Shown here: one piece after another, positions 25,262 to 37,570 of the stretch
Layout: each line of letters opens with the position of its first letter
How positions within the stretch are numbered: position 1 is the first letter of the stretch
DNA from: Stegostoma tigrinum
Taxonomy: Eukaryota
Direction: 5' to 3'
Assembly: GCF_030684315.1 (NCBI RefSeq)
Contig: NC_081373.1
Coordinates: forward strand, 51,136,864 to 51,200,863
DNA length: 64,000 bases
The notes under the pieces: model-generated
The model's database searches: none
Seen by the model: the letters and a program-made list of their open reading frames with translations, nothing else
Told to the model about the DNA's origin: nothing
Translations under genes and position numbers: made by a program

Positions 25262-27139
25262 GTGAGTAGATGTGTTTCCTGATCAAATTGTCTTACTTAA
25301 TTGTGCTGAAAATTTTACAATGGAAGGGGTCAGTAATTTGGATTGCAACAAAGCTTTGCTGTAATAAAGTTTTGGTTAATGATATTCCGCCTGTGGCCGC
25401 TAGCGCGTTTAGTCCTGTATAGTGTGTGCAAAAATATCTGATCCAACTTAAATGTATAGCCTTAACATTTTATTGCTTTCTCATATTACATTTGTTCTAA
25501 CAGCAATAAAATTATTAAGACAATTTCTGGTATAAAAATGTTCACACAGACAAAATCTCCAATTGTTCGATTAAGTGAATAGTCTTCCTGCTGATCAAAA
25601 TCTAATTGTTTGTGGCAAAAATATACTTGTTTTCCTGCTGTGTAACTTGCTAGTTATATAGTCATAATGTGAATCTACAAACTATTAAACATTTATGGAC
25701 ATTGAGTCAGTGTTGTAAACTCCCTGAACACTACCAACTTTGGGCAATACTTGGGGCCAAGAACTTTTCAGTCATAAAAGTGGCATTCGTGTCAGTGAGT
25801 TTTGGAGTCTACCACATGTGCAGTCAGGCATAGAAATATTGAAGTACACCCTCCACCACTGACGCCGCCTCACTTTGCTCATCACAGCCAAGTAGAAACC
25901 TGTAAACTATGAGTTGTTCCCTTTTTTACACAATTAGTGTTGCCATAAAAATCCTTCCAAGTTAAATAATATTGTTGAATCAAGTGTAATTCAGTTTTTG
26001 ATGATGTAATAAATTCATGCTTACTGATGAAATCTAATTATATGTATGCAGAATATCGAATTTCTCCATTTCTGATTTTGAAGAAAAAGAAATTCCACCC
26101 TAATTTCTTTTTAAGATAAAACACGTTTTAGCTCCTACATTAATGCCATGGATACTCTAACTCCTTTAAAAATAATATTTGAAACATAAAGGACAATCAG
26201 TTGCAATTTACTTCCAGGTTTCAAATTTTGTGAGGATGTTTCAGTATGATAACCTGCTAATCTTGCAATACTTGCTAAACATCTAGAGAATTTTTGACTT
26301 AGTGCCAGATTCAAGATTCTTGATACCAAGAAGATAGCAATCTCAGTCACCCAGATTGCTAGGTCAACGTGGGTAGCTCTTTGAAATCAACAGTGAATGC
26401 TATCACCTCCATTAGCCAAGAAATCTGGGCCTTTTAAAAAAAAATCATAGTTTTTGATTGTTTCAGTAATAAAAATAGAAAATACTGGAACCATCTGCGG
26501 CCAAAATCTGATGACAGCAGAAGGGTCTCAGGCATCGGCAAGGGGTCCGATGAGATCTGAATATAACCTCTTTCTGTGTTTGCACAGTGCATCACGTGTT
26601 ACTAGGCACTTACCAGACCAGATCCCTGAGGGTGTAGGCCCTACCCATTAGGAACTGCGTCCAAATTTGTACCTGTCTGAGGCTCAGTTTTTGACTGGAA
26701 TCATGGGGAGCTGGTCAAGGAGGATGGAGTGGAGAGTTGGCAGGCAAGGAATGGTGGGTGTCCTCAGCACGTTCCCTTCTTAATATTGGATCTCTTAATC
26801 AGGCACTGAGAACCCTTGAATAATGGACTCTTGCCAGCCTTCTGGGAGTCTGCAAGCAACTTTGAGAACTGGATTAAAAACAGTCTCAACAGCATAATGG
26901 TTCTTAAGTGGGCATTAATTGGCAGCTTAAAGGGCTCCATGGCCGGGGGAAGGTTTGGGAGGCTATCCATAGGCATTTATGCCACAAAGTTAACTGGGAT
27001 AAAGCCAGGGTCAGCTCCCACCTGACTCTGGCAGAAAATACCTCCAGTGAGTAAAACAGAATTGACAAGCAGAATCTAATGCTTTCCAGGTGTGTAAGGA
27101 AAGTTATGTTTAATTAATTTATTGGAGTTCTTTGAAAAA

Positions 27140-27830
27140 GTATATTTTATTGAAAAGTAGATAAATGGAGACCAGCAGATGTGTTGTTTTTTGATTTCCT
27201 GAAGGCATTTGATAAGGTGCCACATCAAACACTATTGAGGAAAATAAAAGTTCGTGTTGTAAAAGGCAACATATTGGCATGGAAAGAAGATTGGCTGGCT
27301 CACAGAAAACAGACAGTGGGAGTGATGTCATGGTAGGATGTTGTGAGTGGTATGCCATAGGTTTTAGTGTGGGGGCCCCAACTCTTTGCAGTTTAAAGAC
27401 ATTATGTTTATGGAAGGATGTTAAAGCGTTGGAAGAGTACAGAGAAATTGTACTAGACTAATACCTAGAATGAAACGATTATGAGGAAAGAGGGCATAAA
27501 GAGAAGGCAATGGCCTAATGGTGTTATCAATGGATTGTTAACCCAGAGACCAAAGCAATGTTCTGGGGACCCAGATTCGAATCCTGTCACAGCAGATGGT
27601 GAAATTTGAAATCATTTTTTAAAAATCTGGAATTAAGAGCCTAAGTGATGACCATGAATCTATTGCTGATTGTCAAAAAAGCCCATCTGGTTCACTAATG
27701 CCCTTTATGAAAGGAAATCTGCTATCCTTATCTGCTCTGGTCGACAAGGGACTCCAGAGCCACAGCCAACTGAGCAATAAAAGCTGGCTTAGCCAACGAT
27801 GCCTTCATCCTATGAAGGAGTACAAAAAAA
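27140..27830 (+). mobile_element. Old CR1 fragment followed by a tRNA-derived SINE (27503-27830)
   Basis: gatttcctgaaggcatttgataaggtgccaca (DFxKAFDKVP); SINE matches the copy at 39528-39885. Confidence 0.75.
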
Positions 27831-28047
27831 GCCAAAACAAACCTCCCAATCTTCATTGAACCATCCTGTTATCCCCGCACAAAAAGGTGGATGACTCCCA
27901 ATCTAGGCCTCCTTCCCCTCCCACCTCTGCCATTGTCCCTGCTGCAAGATTCTCAGCTTAATTAGCGAGATAAATGTAGCACATTCTGCACATTCACTGG
28001 CATAACTGCACAGGACACATGAGCACCATGAAGCCCGTCAGAGACCA

Positions 28048-28540
28048 CTGGTCGCCCTATTATAGGAAAGATGTGGATGCTTTGGAGAGGGTTCAGAGGA
28101 GGTTTACCAGGATGCTGCCTGGACTGGAGGGCTTATCTTATGAAGAGAGGTTGACTGAGCTCGGTCTCTTTTCATTGGAGAAAAGGAGGAGGAGAGGGGA
28201 CCTAATTGAGGTATACAAGATAATGAGAAGCATAGATAGAGTTGATAGCCAGAGACTATTTTCCAGGGCAGAAATGGCTAGTACGAGGGGTCATAGTTTT
28301 AAGCTGGTCGGAGGAAAATATAGAGGGGATGTCAGAGGTGGGTTCTTTACACAGAGAGTTGTGAGAGCATGGAATGCGTTGCCAGCAGCAGTTATGGAAG
28401 CAAGGTCATTGGGGTCATTTAAGAGACTGCTGGACATGCATATGGTCACAGAAATTTGAGTGTGCATACATGAGGATCAATGGTCGGCACAACATTGTGG
28501 GCTGAAGGGCCTGTTCTGTGCTGTACTGTTCTATGTTCTA
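28048..28540 (+). mobile_element. Young 5'-truncated CR1/HER1 with open ORF2 C-terminus and (TTCTATG)-type tail
   Basis: Uninterrupted WSPYYRKDVDALERVQRRFTRMLPGLEGLSYEERL...FFTQRVVRAWNALP; ends tgttctatgttcta. Confidence 0.95.
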
Positions 28541-28715
28541 TCATATACCCATCCAGATGCATTTTAAATGTTGTAACTGTACCAGCCTCCATCACTTCCT
28601 CTGGCAGCTCATTCCATACACGCACCACCCTCTGTGTGAAAAAGTTGCCCCTTAGGTCCCTTTTAAATCTTTGCTCTCTCACCTCAAACCTATGCGCCTC
28701 CTGATTTTATAAACA
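28541..28715 (-). mobile_element. Older CR1, right half of the split copy
   Basis: tcatatacccatccagatgc...; minus ORF RGNFFTQRVVRVWNELPEEV...FKMHLDGYM. Confidence 0.9.
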
Positions 28716-29059
28716 TCCAGTCTATCTCCTTTGAGTCCCTGGTCTGTACACAATGGTAGGGTGGCATAGTGATTATGTTACTGGGCCAGTAATCTAAGGC
28801 CATGGACTAATGACCCAGTGAATTGAGTTCAAATCCCACCAAAACAGCAGGGGAGTCTGAAATAGTTTAATAAATTTGGAATAAAAACTAAGTACCACTG
28901 ATGTGCTTTCATGTAGGAAATCTGCTTTCCTTATTTGCCTTGCCTAGATGTGACCCAAACCCCAAGGCTACACCATTAAATCTGAACTGCCCTTTGAAAT
29001 GGTGGTATGAGGGAATGAGCAACAAATGAAGACCCAGAAGAAACCACATCCTAACACTG

Positions 29060-30141
29060 TTTCAGAGTCAGTAGGAGCTGCCGATGCTGGAGAATCTGAG
29101 ATAACACGGCGTAGAGCAGGATGAACACAACAGGCCAAGCAGCATCAGAGGAGCAGGAAAGCTTAGCGTTTTGGGTCGAGGCCCTTCTTCAGAAATGGGG
29201 GAGAGGTAGGGGATTCTGAAGTAAATAGGGAGAGAGGGGGAGGCGGATAGAAAATGGATAAAGGAGAAGATAGGGTGAGGGGAGACAGACAGGTCAAAGA
29301 GGCGGGGTTAGAGCCAGTGAAGGTGAACGTAGTTGGGGAGTTGGGGGGGACAAAGGTCAGTCCAGGGAGGACGGACAGGTCAGTGGGATGGGATGAGGTT
29401 AGTCGGTAGGAGATGGGGGTGGGACTTGAGGTGGGAGGAATGGTTAGGGAGGTGGGGACAAGGTGGGCTGATTTTGGGATGTGGTCAGGGGAGGGGAGAT
29501 TTTGAAGCTTATGAAGTCCACATTGATATCATTGGGCTGCAGGGTTCCCAAGTGAAATGTGAGATGCTGTCCCTGCATCTTTCGGGTGGCGTCATCGTGG
29601 CAATGCAGGAGGCCCAGGATGGACACGTTGTGTGTGGGGTGGGAGGGGGGATAGTTGAAATGGTTCGCGACTGGGAGGTGTAGTTTTTTGTTGCGAACTG
29701 AGAGTAGGTGTTCAGCAAAGTGGTCCCCAAGCCTCCGCTTGGTTTCCCCGATGTAGAGGAGGCCACAACGGGAACAGCGGATACAGTATACCACAGCCAG
29801 TCCCCGCCTCCCACTTCAAGCCCCACCCTCACCTCCTACCCACTAACCTCATCCCACCCCCTTGACCTGTCCATCCTCCCTGGACTGACATATCCCCTCC
29901 GTGACTCCCCACCTACATTCACCTTCGCTACTCTAACCCCGCCTCTTTGATCTGTCTGTCTCCTCTCACTGTATCTTCTCCTTTATCTATCTTCGATCCA
30001 CCTCCCCCCTCTCTCCCTGTGTTTTTTCAGAATTCCCTTCCACCCACCCTCCTCCATTTCTCGACCCGAAACGTCAAACTATCCTGCTCCTCTGATGCTG
30101 CTTGGCCTGCTGTGTTCATCCAGATTCACACCGTGTTATCT
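29060..30141 (-). mobile_element. PLE: GIY-YIG endonuclease plus 3' UTR/pLTR, with an inverted copy of the 3' end; 15-bp TSD
   Basis: VYCIRCSRCGLLYIGETKRRLGDHFAEHL; 29800-30141 is inverted against 29095-29440; TSD cacatcctaaca(c/t)tg at 29045-29059 and 30142-30156. Confidence 0.9.
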
Positions 30142-30399
30142 CACATCCTAACATTGATTTATTTCTTAAAAAGTGAAGCATCAGGAATAAAGACCACCTT
30201 CACTGAGGAGAAGAATGCAAACTAGAAGACGTTTGGAACCGAGCCGTTCAAATGCGGTTAGAACAGTTGTGAATGAATCGCAAACTGCTGAATTCACCAG
30301 AAATTGATAGCTCCTTCGGAAACTCATTTGTACACTGCAATTCCATTTCTTAACAAGTGCTTGAACCTGTCCCTCCTGGACAGACTGGCACAGTTGATA

Positions 30400-30880
30400 A
30401 CATGGAGGCTGGTTTACGAGCTAGACAAGGTTTAAACAATATCTCAGCGTAAGGAGTGAATCACTTAGGAAAGAAGTAAGGGGTCGCAAATTTCAGGTAG
30501 AGATGAGGAGGAGACCTTCTCTCGCGTAGAGAATCTGTGGCATTCTTTACCATCAAGGGCAGTTACAGCTGGGTCATTAAGTATATTCCACATAACGATA
30601 GGCAGTTTTTAACTCAGTAAAAAAAAATTAATTCCCTTACTCAGTAGTAGGGAAAAGGGAAGAAAGTGGAGTTGAAGATGGTCTCATTGAACGTCAGAGC
30701 ACTCCCGATGGGCTGAATGGCCTACTTCCCCTTGTGGTTGTGACTCTTTGAAGTTTCCTTCCTAAGAGATCCCTACATGCTCAGTCACTGTGTTTTATTT
30801 AAGGCAGAGGTAATTGGGCGCTAAAGGAATTAATGGGTACGTGTGCAGAATCGGAGTGTAAGTGTTGAGGTGGATTTCTA
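30400..30880 (+). mobile_element. Decayed CR1 3' ends
   Basis: gaatctgtggcattctttacc...gggctgaatggcctact. Confidence 0.6.
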
Positions 30881-31519
30881 TCAAGTGGGAAAACAGGCTG
30901 AGGTTTGAATAGTTTTCTGCTGAGTTGAGATATTACAGTTGGTTTCTTCTGCTTCTGCACACAGTGTGGCACCTGAATGCCTGCCTGGCCCCAACCAGCA
31001 GTCTAGATGAAATTTGGATCTGAACGGTGTAGGTTCAAACCTGTCTCCTTCCACTGTATAGTGCAGGTAGGATCTCATCCATGCCCCCTGCTCCAGCCCA
31101 TCGTTGGCCTATTATTCACCAACCACCTTCGAATGCACACTGGGGATTTCAACTGGGAAATACCCCCTCCGCCACCAATTCCTGCCCATTAAGTGAAATG
31201 ATGGAATATCAACTCTGGTGTGAGCAGTCAATAGGTGGTGTGTATTTGGCTGACAAAGGTGCATCTATATATCAATACAGACCTCATGAAGAATTCAAAT
31301 CAAGGCATTCCATTGTCAACTAATAACTACAAGGATACACGTTGCTGAGCTGGTGTTCTGCTTCACTGAGAAACACGTGCTGCTAATGAACAACACCTTA
31401 ACTTGTTCGACCTGAACATCACGAACACAACACACTCGTTTACTCTTGTAGCAGTAGGCAACAAAAGCTACCTTAAAACGCAGGCTCAGTTTTTCTGTAA
31501 TGTCCTGAAGTTCCCAGTG

Positions 31520-31812
31520 ACATTGGAAGGGAAGGTGGTGGGAGAGAATGAAGCAGAGTAGCCAATTTGTACAGAGCATAAATGAGACTAATGCCCAGAT
31601 AATCTCTTTCTAGGATGGTGATGGAGGGATAAATCTTGGTCAGGACAATGGGGAGAACTCCACTGTTCCCTTGTGCCCTGTACACACACCCGAAAGGGTA
31701 GGCTTGGCTTAAGGTCATTTCGGAGAGAGTGGGACTCCCTCAGATGTTGCTGAGAGGTTGGAACTGAACGTACAACCTCCTGATCCAGAGGCAGCGGTGC
31801 TGTAAGAGCGGC
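31520..31812 (-). mobile_element. Deu-domain SINE (SacSINE1-like)
   Basis: gccaatttgtacagagc...ccagataatc...gagggataaatcttggtcaggac...acaacctcctgatccagaggc. Confidence 0.6.
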
Positions 31813-31884
31813 CACTACACACATGTACAATCCAACCAGCCTCTCTGGCCCCACAGGAGTCCAGGGAAGCAACGTGCTTCAGCC

Positions 31885-32305
31885 AGGTGAGTGCTACACA
31901 TAGCGATGGCTCTGCTGGTTACACCCTCACCTCGGAGCGGACAGCTGCCGGTTTAAGTTGGACCCCAGGACATGAACAGGAATCTTCAAGGCTTTCACAG
32001 CATTGTAATGCTGAGGGAAGTGTCCTTTACAGTGTGGTGTTAAGATTCAGGCCTGGTCTGCTCTCTCTGGTGAACATAAAGCTCTCATGTCACTGTGTGA
32101 ATGAAGTGCCATCCAATATTCCCCAATGGTTAATACTTACCCCCCACCATAAATATCACGGATAGGATTATCTGGTCATTACTACATTGATATTTGAGGA
32201 AATTAGCTGGGCACAAATTAGCTGCTAAATTACAACAGCGACTACACTTTAAAAGTCCTACAATGTGCTTCGGAATCTCCTGTGGTCACAGAAGATGCAA
32301 TGGAA
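31885..32305 (+). mobile_element. Deu-domain SINE (SacSINE1-like), head-to-head with the previous copy
   Basis: gctgagggaagtg...gattatctggtcatt...cacaaattagctgc...acaacagcgactacacttt. Confidence 0.6.
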
Positions 32306-32384
32306 ATGCAAGCCAACAATGCTATTCAATAGGCCCAATGAAACAACATGCCTTCCTAGTGAGAACAACACATACATACAGGAG

Positions 32385-32604
32385 ACAACACAGTGTGGAG
32401 CTGGAGGGACACAGCTGGCCAGGCAGCATGAGGGGAGCAGGAAAGCTGACGTTTCGGGTTGGGACCCTTCATCAGAAAAACCTCTTGAAAAATGTTCTGA
32501 ACATGAAATGTTCTCCGCTCCTGTGATGCTGCCTGGCCCGCTGTGTTCCTCCAGCTCCACACTGTGTTATCTCTGACTCCAGCATCAGCAGTTCTTGCTG
32601 TCTC
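32385..32604. mobile_element. Palindromic PLE mini-insertion with 16-bp TSD
   Basis: TSD cacata(c/t)atacaggag at 32369-32384 and 32605-32620. Confidence 0.85.
32446..32478 (-). ncRNA. Minimal hammerhead motif, intact core
   Basis: Minus strand CTGATGA a gggt ccca accc GAAA cg TC ag. Confidence 0.65.
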
Positions 32605-32620
32605 CACATATATACAGGAG

Positions 32621-33838
32621 GAACAAAAACAGAAATTGCTGCAAAACGTCAGCAGGTCTGGCAGCGTCTGTGAAGATTTAAAAAAATCAGAGTAACCCTT
32701 CCTCAGAACTTGCGTGTTCTGTGGGGCAGGAGCAGGCTGAATCAATGGGTCTGCCCAGACAGTCCTGTTTGTAGATTTTTGGAAGGAGGTAGAAACGAGC
32801 GTGTGGAGCTGGGTGACTAGCAGCTTGGAGGCAGTGGGGGGGTGGAGGAGGGGTTTTGGTGGTCACCAGATGAAATGAAACCAGTCACCATAGTAGATAT
32901 AATGGTGGGGTCATGGTCCAGGGGAAAGTAGGAGGAGGTAGCCGAGAGCTGGCGCTCACCCTCTGCAATGCAGAGGTCTGTATGCCAGACTACAACAGCA
33001 GCATCGTTTACGGCAGGCTCAATGACCAAGTCACGGTTGGATCTAAGTGCACGGAGGGCGGTCAGTTTGGAGGGAGATAGGTTGGATTATGCGAGGGGGT
33101 GGGGGGCAGAGACATTGAGGCGACCAATGTCACGTCGACAGTTCTCAATGATCAGATCAAATGCGGGTAAAGGGCCGGAGGGAGGGGTCCAGGTGGAGGG
33201 AGAGTGTTGGAACTGGGCAAAGGGGTCTGTGGGAGGGGGGAAAGGACTCTTGTCCAAAGAAATGGGCACGGGGGCAAGAGAAGAGTTCGACGTCATGTCA
33301 TGCCCGAAATTCATTAAGGTGGGGATGCGGAGGGGTAAAGCTGAGGCTTTTGCTGAGTACAGAGCATTCAGCATCGGAGAGTGGAAGGTTAGGTGGGGTG
33401 GGGAATACCCTACCGGAGGTGGGGGTTGGGGGAGGGATGGAATGGAATCAGAGGGAAGGGGAGCAGGAGGAAGGTTCCGGACAGCCATGGGTATCTCTGA
33501 GTTGCTGCATCTTGTGGGCCTTGATGCTTCTGGTTATCATGACGAATGAGACGGAGGGTGAAGTGGAACGGCAGAATGGTGCAGCCCTAAGCCTGTGTGA
33601 TGCAATACTGTTGTAGAGAAAGGTTGAGTGTGTGCATGTGGTGGTGCGTGGCACTGAGTGGAGATCTCAGGATGCTGCCAGAGACGCTGTCTGTGGAATG
33701 ATCCGAGGAAGGGTCGCTGGACCCAAAACCTTAACTCTGATATTTTTCTTCACAGATGCTGCCAGACCTGCTGAGCTTTTCCAGCAACTTCTGTTTCTGT
33801 TCCTGACTTTACAGCATCCGCAGTTCTTTCAGATTTTA
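32621..33838 (-). mobile_element. PLE N-terminal ORF fragment between inverted pLTR pieces
   Basis: VIEPAVNDAAVVVWHTDLCIAEGERQLS (decayed IKPADKGxAVVV motif); pLTRs at 32621-32710 (minus) and 33700-33838 (plus). Confidence 0.8.
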
Positions 33839-35539
33839 CGTACGGTAGATGTAGTTTCTGCTGCTGCTGATCTAGTTCATCGCTCATTGAATGAGTGCCC
33901 GCTCAGTGCTAAAAATTGCGTCAGCGTAGAACAAGTGACATTATAAACCCTGTCACTGAAACGACCAGCCAAGCTTTTTCAGTCATTTCCAGCTGCAATC
34001 ACCTCTGATGGGCTGTACCTGTATTTCAGTACAGAAAGGTCAAAGGAATGTCATACAAACCCAAACACTACTCCCCACGAGAAGCACCTTTCAGCTGTGT
34101 TTTGAAGATTAAATAGACAGGCCTCAACACTGGAAAAATTTGGTGGCTTTGTGTAAATCAATGTCTTTCCTCAGAGGAATTAACTCACTGTAGATCACTA
34201 CTGGAACTGCTGCTGCTTATTCTCATTGCCACACTTAGAGAATGGCCACCAGAGGAGGGGTCAGTTAAACTGGCCTTCGTCTGAATTACTGCAGTTTGTT
34301 TGCTTAATGTGTGACAAAGAGTATTCCTTCCAAATGATCTCTAAGTCAGACTGAGCTCAGTAATAATCTCGTCCTTCGGCGTCCATCATCAGCCTGAAGA
34401 AGCCAGATTAAAATCAGTATTTTCCCCCTCCATATAAACTCAAACAGCGATGACTGTACAGGAGAGAAGAAAAAGGCTTATAATTTTAAATCCCGTTTCA
34501 TGGGCTGGACATCACAAGTGTACAACTGACGAAGCACCTTTAGAAGGTGTAGTCGCCGATATAAGGCAGGAACCAACCCTGGCACAGCAAGATCCCACAA
34601 ACTGGTAAATGCGGGTTGCGACACCAGCAAGCATTCCATGCACCAATTCCAAAGGGAGTATCGGGAAAGGAGGCAAGGCAGGGCCTTGCTTACCCTGCTG
34701 GTCCAACAGGGCAGCACTCCCTCAGGTGAGCACCGAGGTAACAGCATGGACCCTGAGCTCACGTTCAGTAGGACTTGATCTCTCAGCCTTTCTTTCTCAG
34801 GCACGACAGTGCAACCCACTGAGCCACAATGGTCACTGACGATCAGCCGCGTGCAAAGCCTAACACAATGAACATTTTGCAAATGGCGCAGTATCGGGCT
34901 GGTCATTTACCCAACCAGGGGCCTGCAGATTTATCCAGGTCCAGCTGGCAGCCCAGTAAGAAGCTGGTCTACTGAAGAATTCACATCAGCAGAGGGCACT
35001 CAGAGTTGGGGGGAGTCCTTAGATACAATGGCGCTCAGGAGAATGACATTTCAGAATGAGTTACTTCCAGCAAATCCGCACTGAAGCACGATGGTTATTT
35101 AAATTTCATGAGGAGCTCAAATGGTGAAATCTGCAAGTGGCATCAGTAGCAGCAGCATGCAGGATGGGTCTCAGGGATAAGAGTGGTTTGAATTGTGGCT
35201 GCCTGACAAACCCAGCGCAGTACTCAGCCAGTGCTGTTGCGCTGACATTACATCAGTGGCCTCACCCGAACAAGTGCAGTGTTTCATTGCCCACAACGCA
35301 CTTTGGGACAAAGTGAAAAGTCACTGTACAACTGGAGGTTTTGTCTTGGTCAGAAGGGAAATATATCGGTTGTTATCCTCAGCATCGTGCTCCATTTAGA
35401 AAGGGAGCCGTCTGCATGCTGCTGATGCATGTTTCATGGAGTAAACATACAAGCAGCCTGAGACTATGTGATCCTGCAGCGACATACTGCACCTGTATTA
35501 CAGCAGCGACTGGTCAGAAGGGCATCATCATAGCCACCA

Positions 35540-36140
35540 ATGGCAGCCCATCACAGACTAGGATGACTCTCTTCCCCTCGCAGGGTGAGTCTGTAGCTGG
35601 TTGTACAGACCGATGTAGCTACGCAAGGCTCTGGGGCAGAAGGTGGTCGCGGGACAGAGTGGGCAGGGCATTGGTGTGGGCCTTACACTGCTTCTGCCTG
35701 GCCTCCACTTTTCCCCGACAGCTAGTCTTGAGGTTCTTGACACCTTCCGAAATGCTCCTCCCCCGCTTTGGATGGTCTTGGGCCAGTGATTCCCAGGTGA
35801 TTGTGGGCATGCCAAACTTGACCTTGAGGGTATCCCTGTAGCGGTTCCCCTGTCTACCTGGAGCTCGCTTGATGTTTTGGAGCTGGGAGGAGTGTCGCAT
35901 CGATCATGCAGACAACATGCCTAACCCATCACAGCTGATTTGGGGGGGGGGGGGGGCGGGGGGTCAGTGCCTCAATGCTGGGGATGTTGGCCTTGTTAAG
36001 GATGTCGATGCTGGTGCATCTTTATTCCCAGTGGATTCGTAAAACCTTGATCCTGCTGCAGTTCCTTGAGGTGTCTGCTGTCGACAGTCCACATCTCAGA
36101 GCCATCCAGGAGGGTGGTCACATCGCTCCACACCTTGATT
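35540..36140 (-). mobile_element. RTE (BovB-like) LINE 3' part
   Basis: RAPGRQGNRYRDTLK...TWESLAQDHPKRGRSISEG. Confidence 0.75.
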
Positions 36141-36674
36141 AGTTCTGAGAGGGGCATTCTCCACAGGCAGAACTCCAGATGATCAGGTTTAAAAAATATT
36201 AACGGTCCTCCTTTCTTCACTCAACTTGGTGGAATTTTTCAAGTCATGTTAAATCAACCGGTAAAAGCCCAATTCCAATTATGGGAGCGCAAAATCTCAG
36301 GTTTGAATATTTGACTCATTGCTGCATAATTCCAACCCCCCCCCACCCCTCCGTTTTCAGTTCAATAAAACATTGGGAAACAGAACAAAATCTGTTCTGC
36401 TTTGTGACACTGCATATTGTTTACCAGACGATAACTTGGAACAAGAGTAGATTTATTTCTGGAAGTTGCCAACTCAAGTTGGATGTCTTCCTGGATGATC
36501 TACCAGATTTCCTGTCACTAACTGCTCTACCTAACGAAACAGCAATTTCTCCCCATCTGCAATTCTTGCTAATAAACCAATGCGTTCCAAGAAATGGAAA
36601 AGGGTACTGTACTTTCACACACTTGTGATCTTATTTTGTTCCTAGATTGTTTGGCAGCAGTGAGGAGAATCTTT

Positions 36675-37018
36675 TATGGACTTGTACAAGACAGAAACAG
36701 ACTGTTCAGTCCAATTCATCCACGCCAACCGAGTTTCCCAATCTAAACCAGTCCCATTTGCCTGCTCTTGGCCTATATCCCGCAAACCTTTCCTTTTCAC
36801 TCATTTATCCAAATGTCTCTTAAACATCGTAACTTTACCTGCCTCGACCACTTCCTCTGGCAGCTTGTTCCACAAACAAACCACGCTCTGCATGGGTAAA
36901 ATTACGTCTCAGGTCCCTTTTAAATCTCTCTCCTCTCACCTTAAACCTATGCCCTCTAGTTTTGAATTCCCTTATCCTGGGGAAAAGACCTTGGCTCTTC
37001 CCTTCATGAGGTTATAAA
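36675..37018 (-). mobile_element. CR1 3' end
   Basis: Same family as 15560-15848, reverse orientation. Confidence 0.8.
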
Positions 37019-37199
37019 CCTGGATGTTCCAAAACAGTCCTGAAAGCATTGACAACCTGATGAAAACTTCATTGCTGCAATATCTGGCATTTAGACATCA
37101 ACTTGATGTTCCCTGTGAATGCAAACGGATTTGCTGAAGCCTCCACTTGAGCCTGGAGTCCCATATATGCCACAGACTATGTACGAATGACAGAATTCC

Positions 37200-37570
37200 T
37201 TCCCTATAAGTGACACAAAATCTCCCCACCCCGGCCTCATCCCACGTCCAACCCTCCCTCTCATCTCCGCCTCATTGACCTGACGCAACCTGTTCATCTT
37301 CTCTTCCATTAATCCTCCCCTCCCACCTCACTGACCAATCCCCACCACCGCCTACCTGCGCTCACCTATCACCATCCTGCCTACCTTCCTCAGCCCCACC
37401 CCTTCTCTATTTATTTCTAGCTCCCCTTCCCCCTCCTCCATTTCCAAAGAAGGGTCCTGACCCAAAACATCAGCGTTCCTGCCCCTCTGATGTTGCCTGG
37501 CCTGCTGTATTCATCCAGCTCCACACTGTGCTATCTCTGACCCCAGTATCCGCAGACCTTACTATCTCTG
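37200..37570 (+). mobile_element. PLE 3' UTR/pLTR
   Basis: Pyrimidine-rich UTR, decayed hammerhead (aagaagggtcctgacccaaaacatcagc), pLTR end. Confidence 0.8.
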
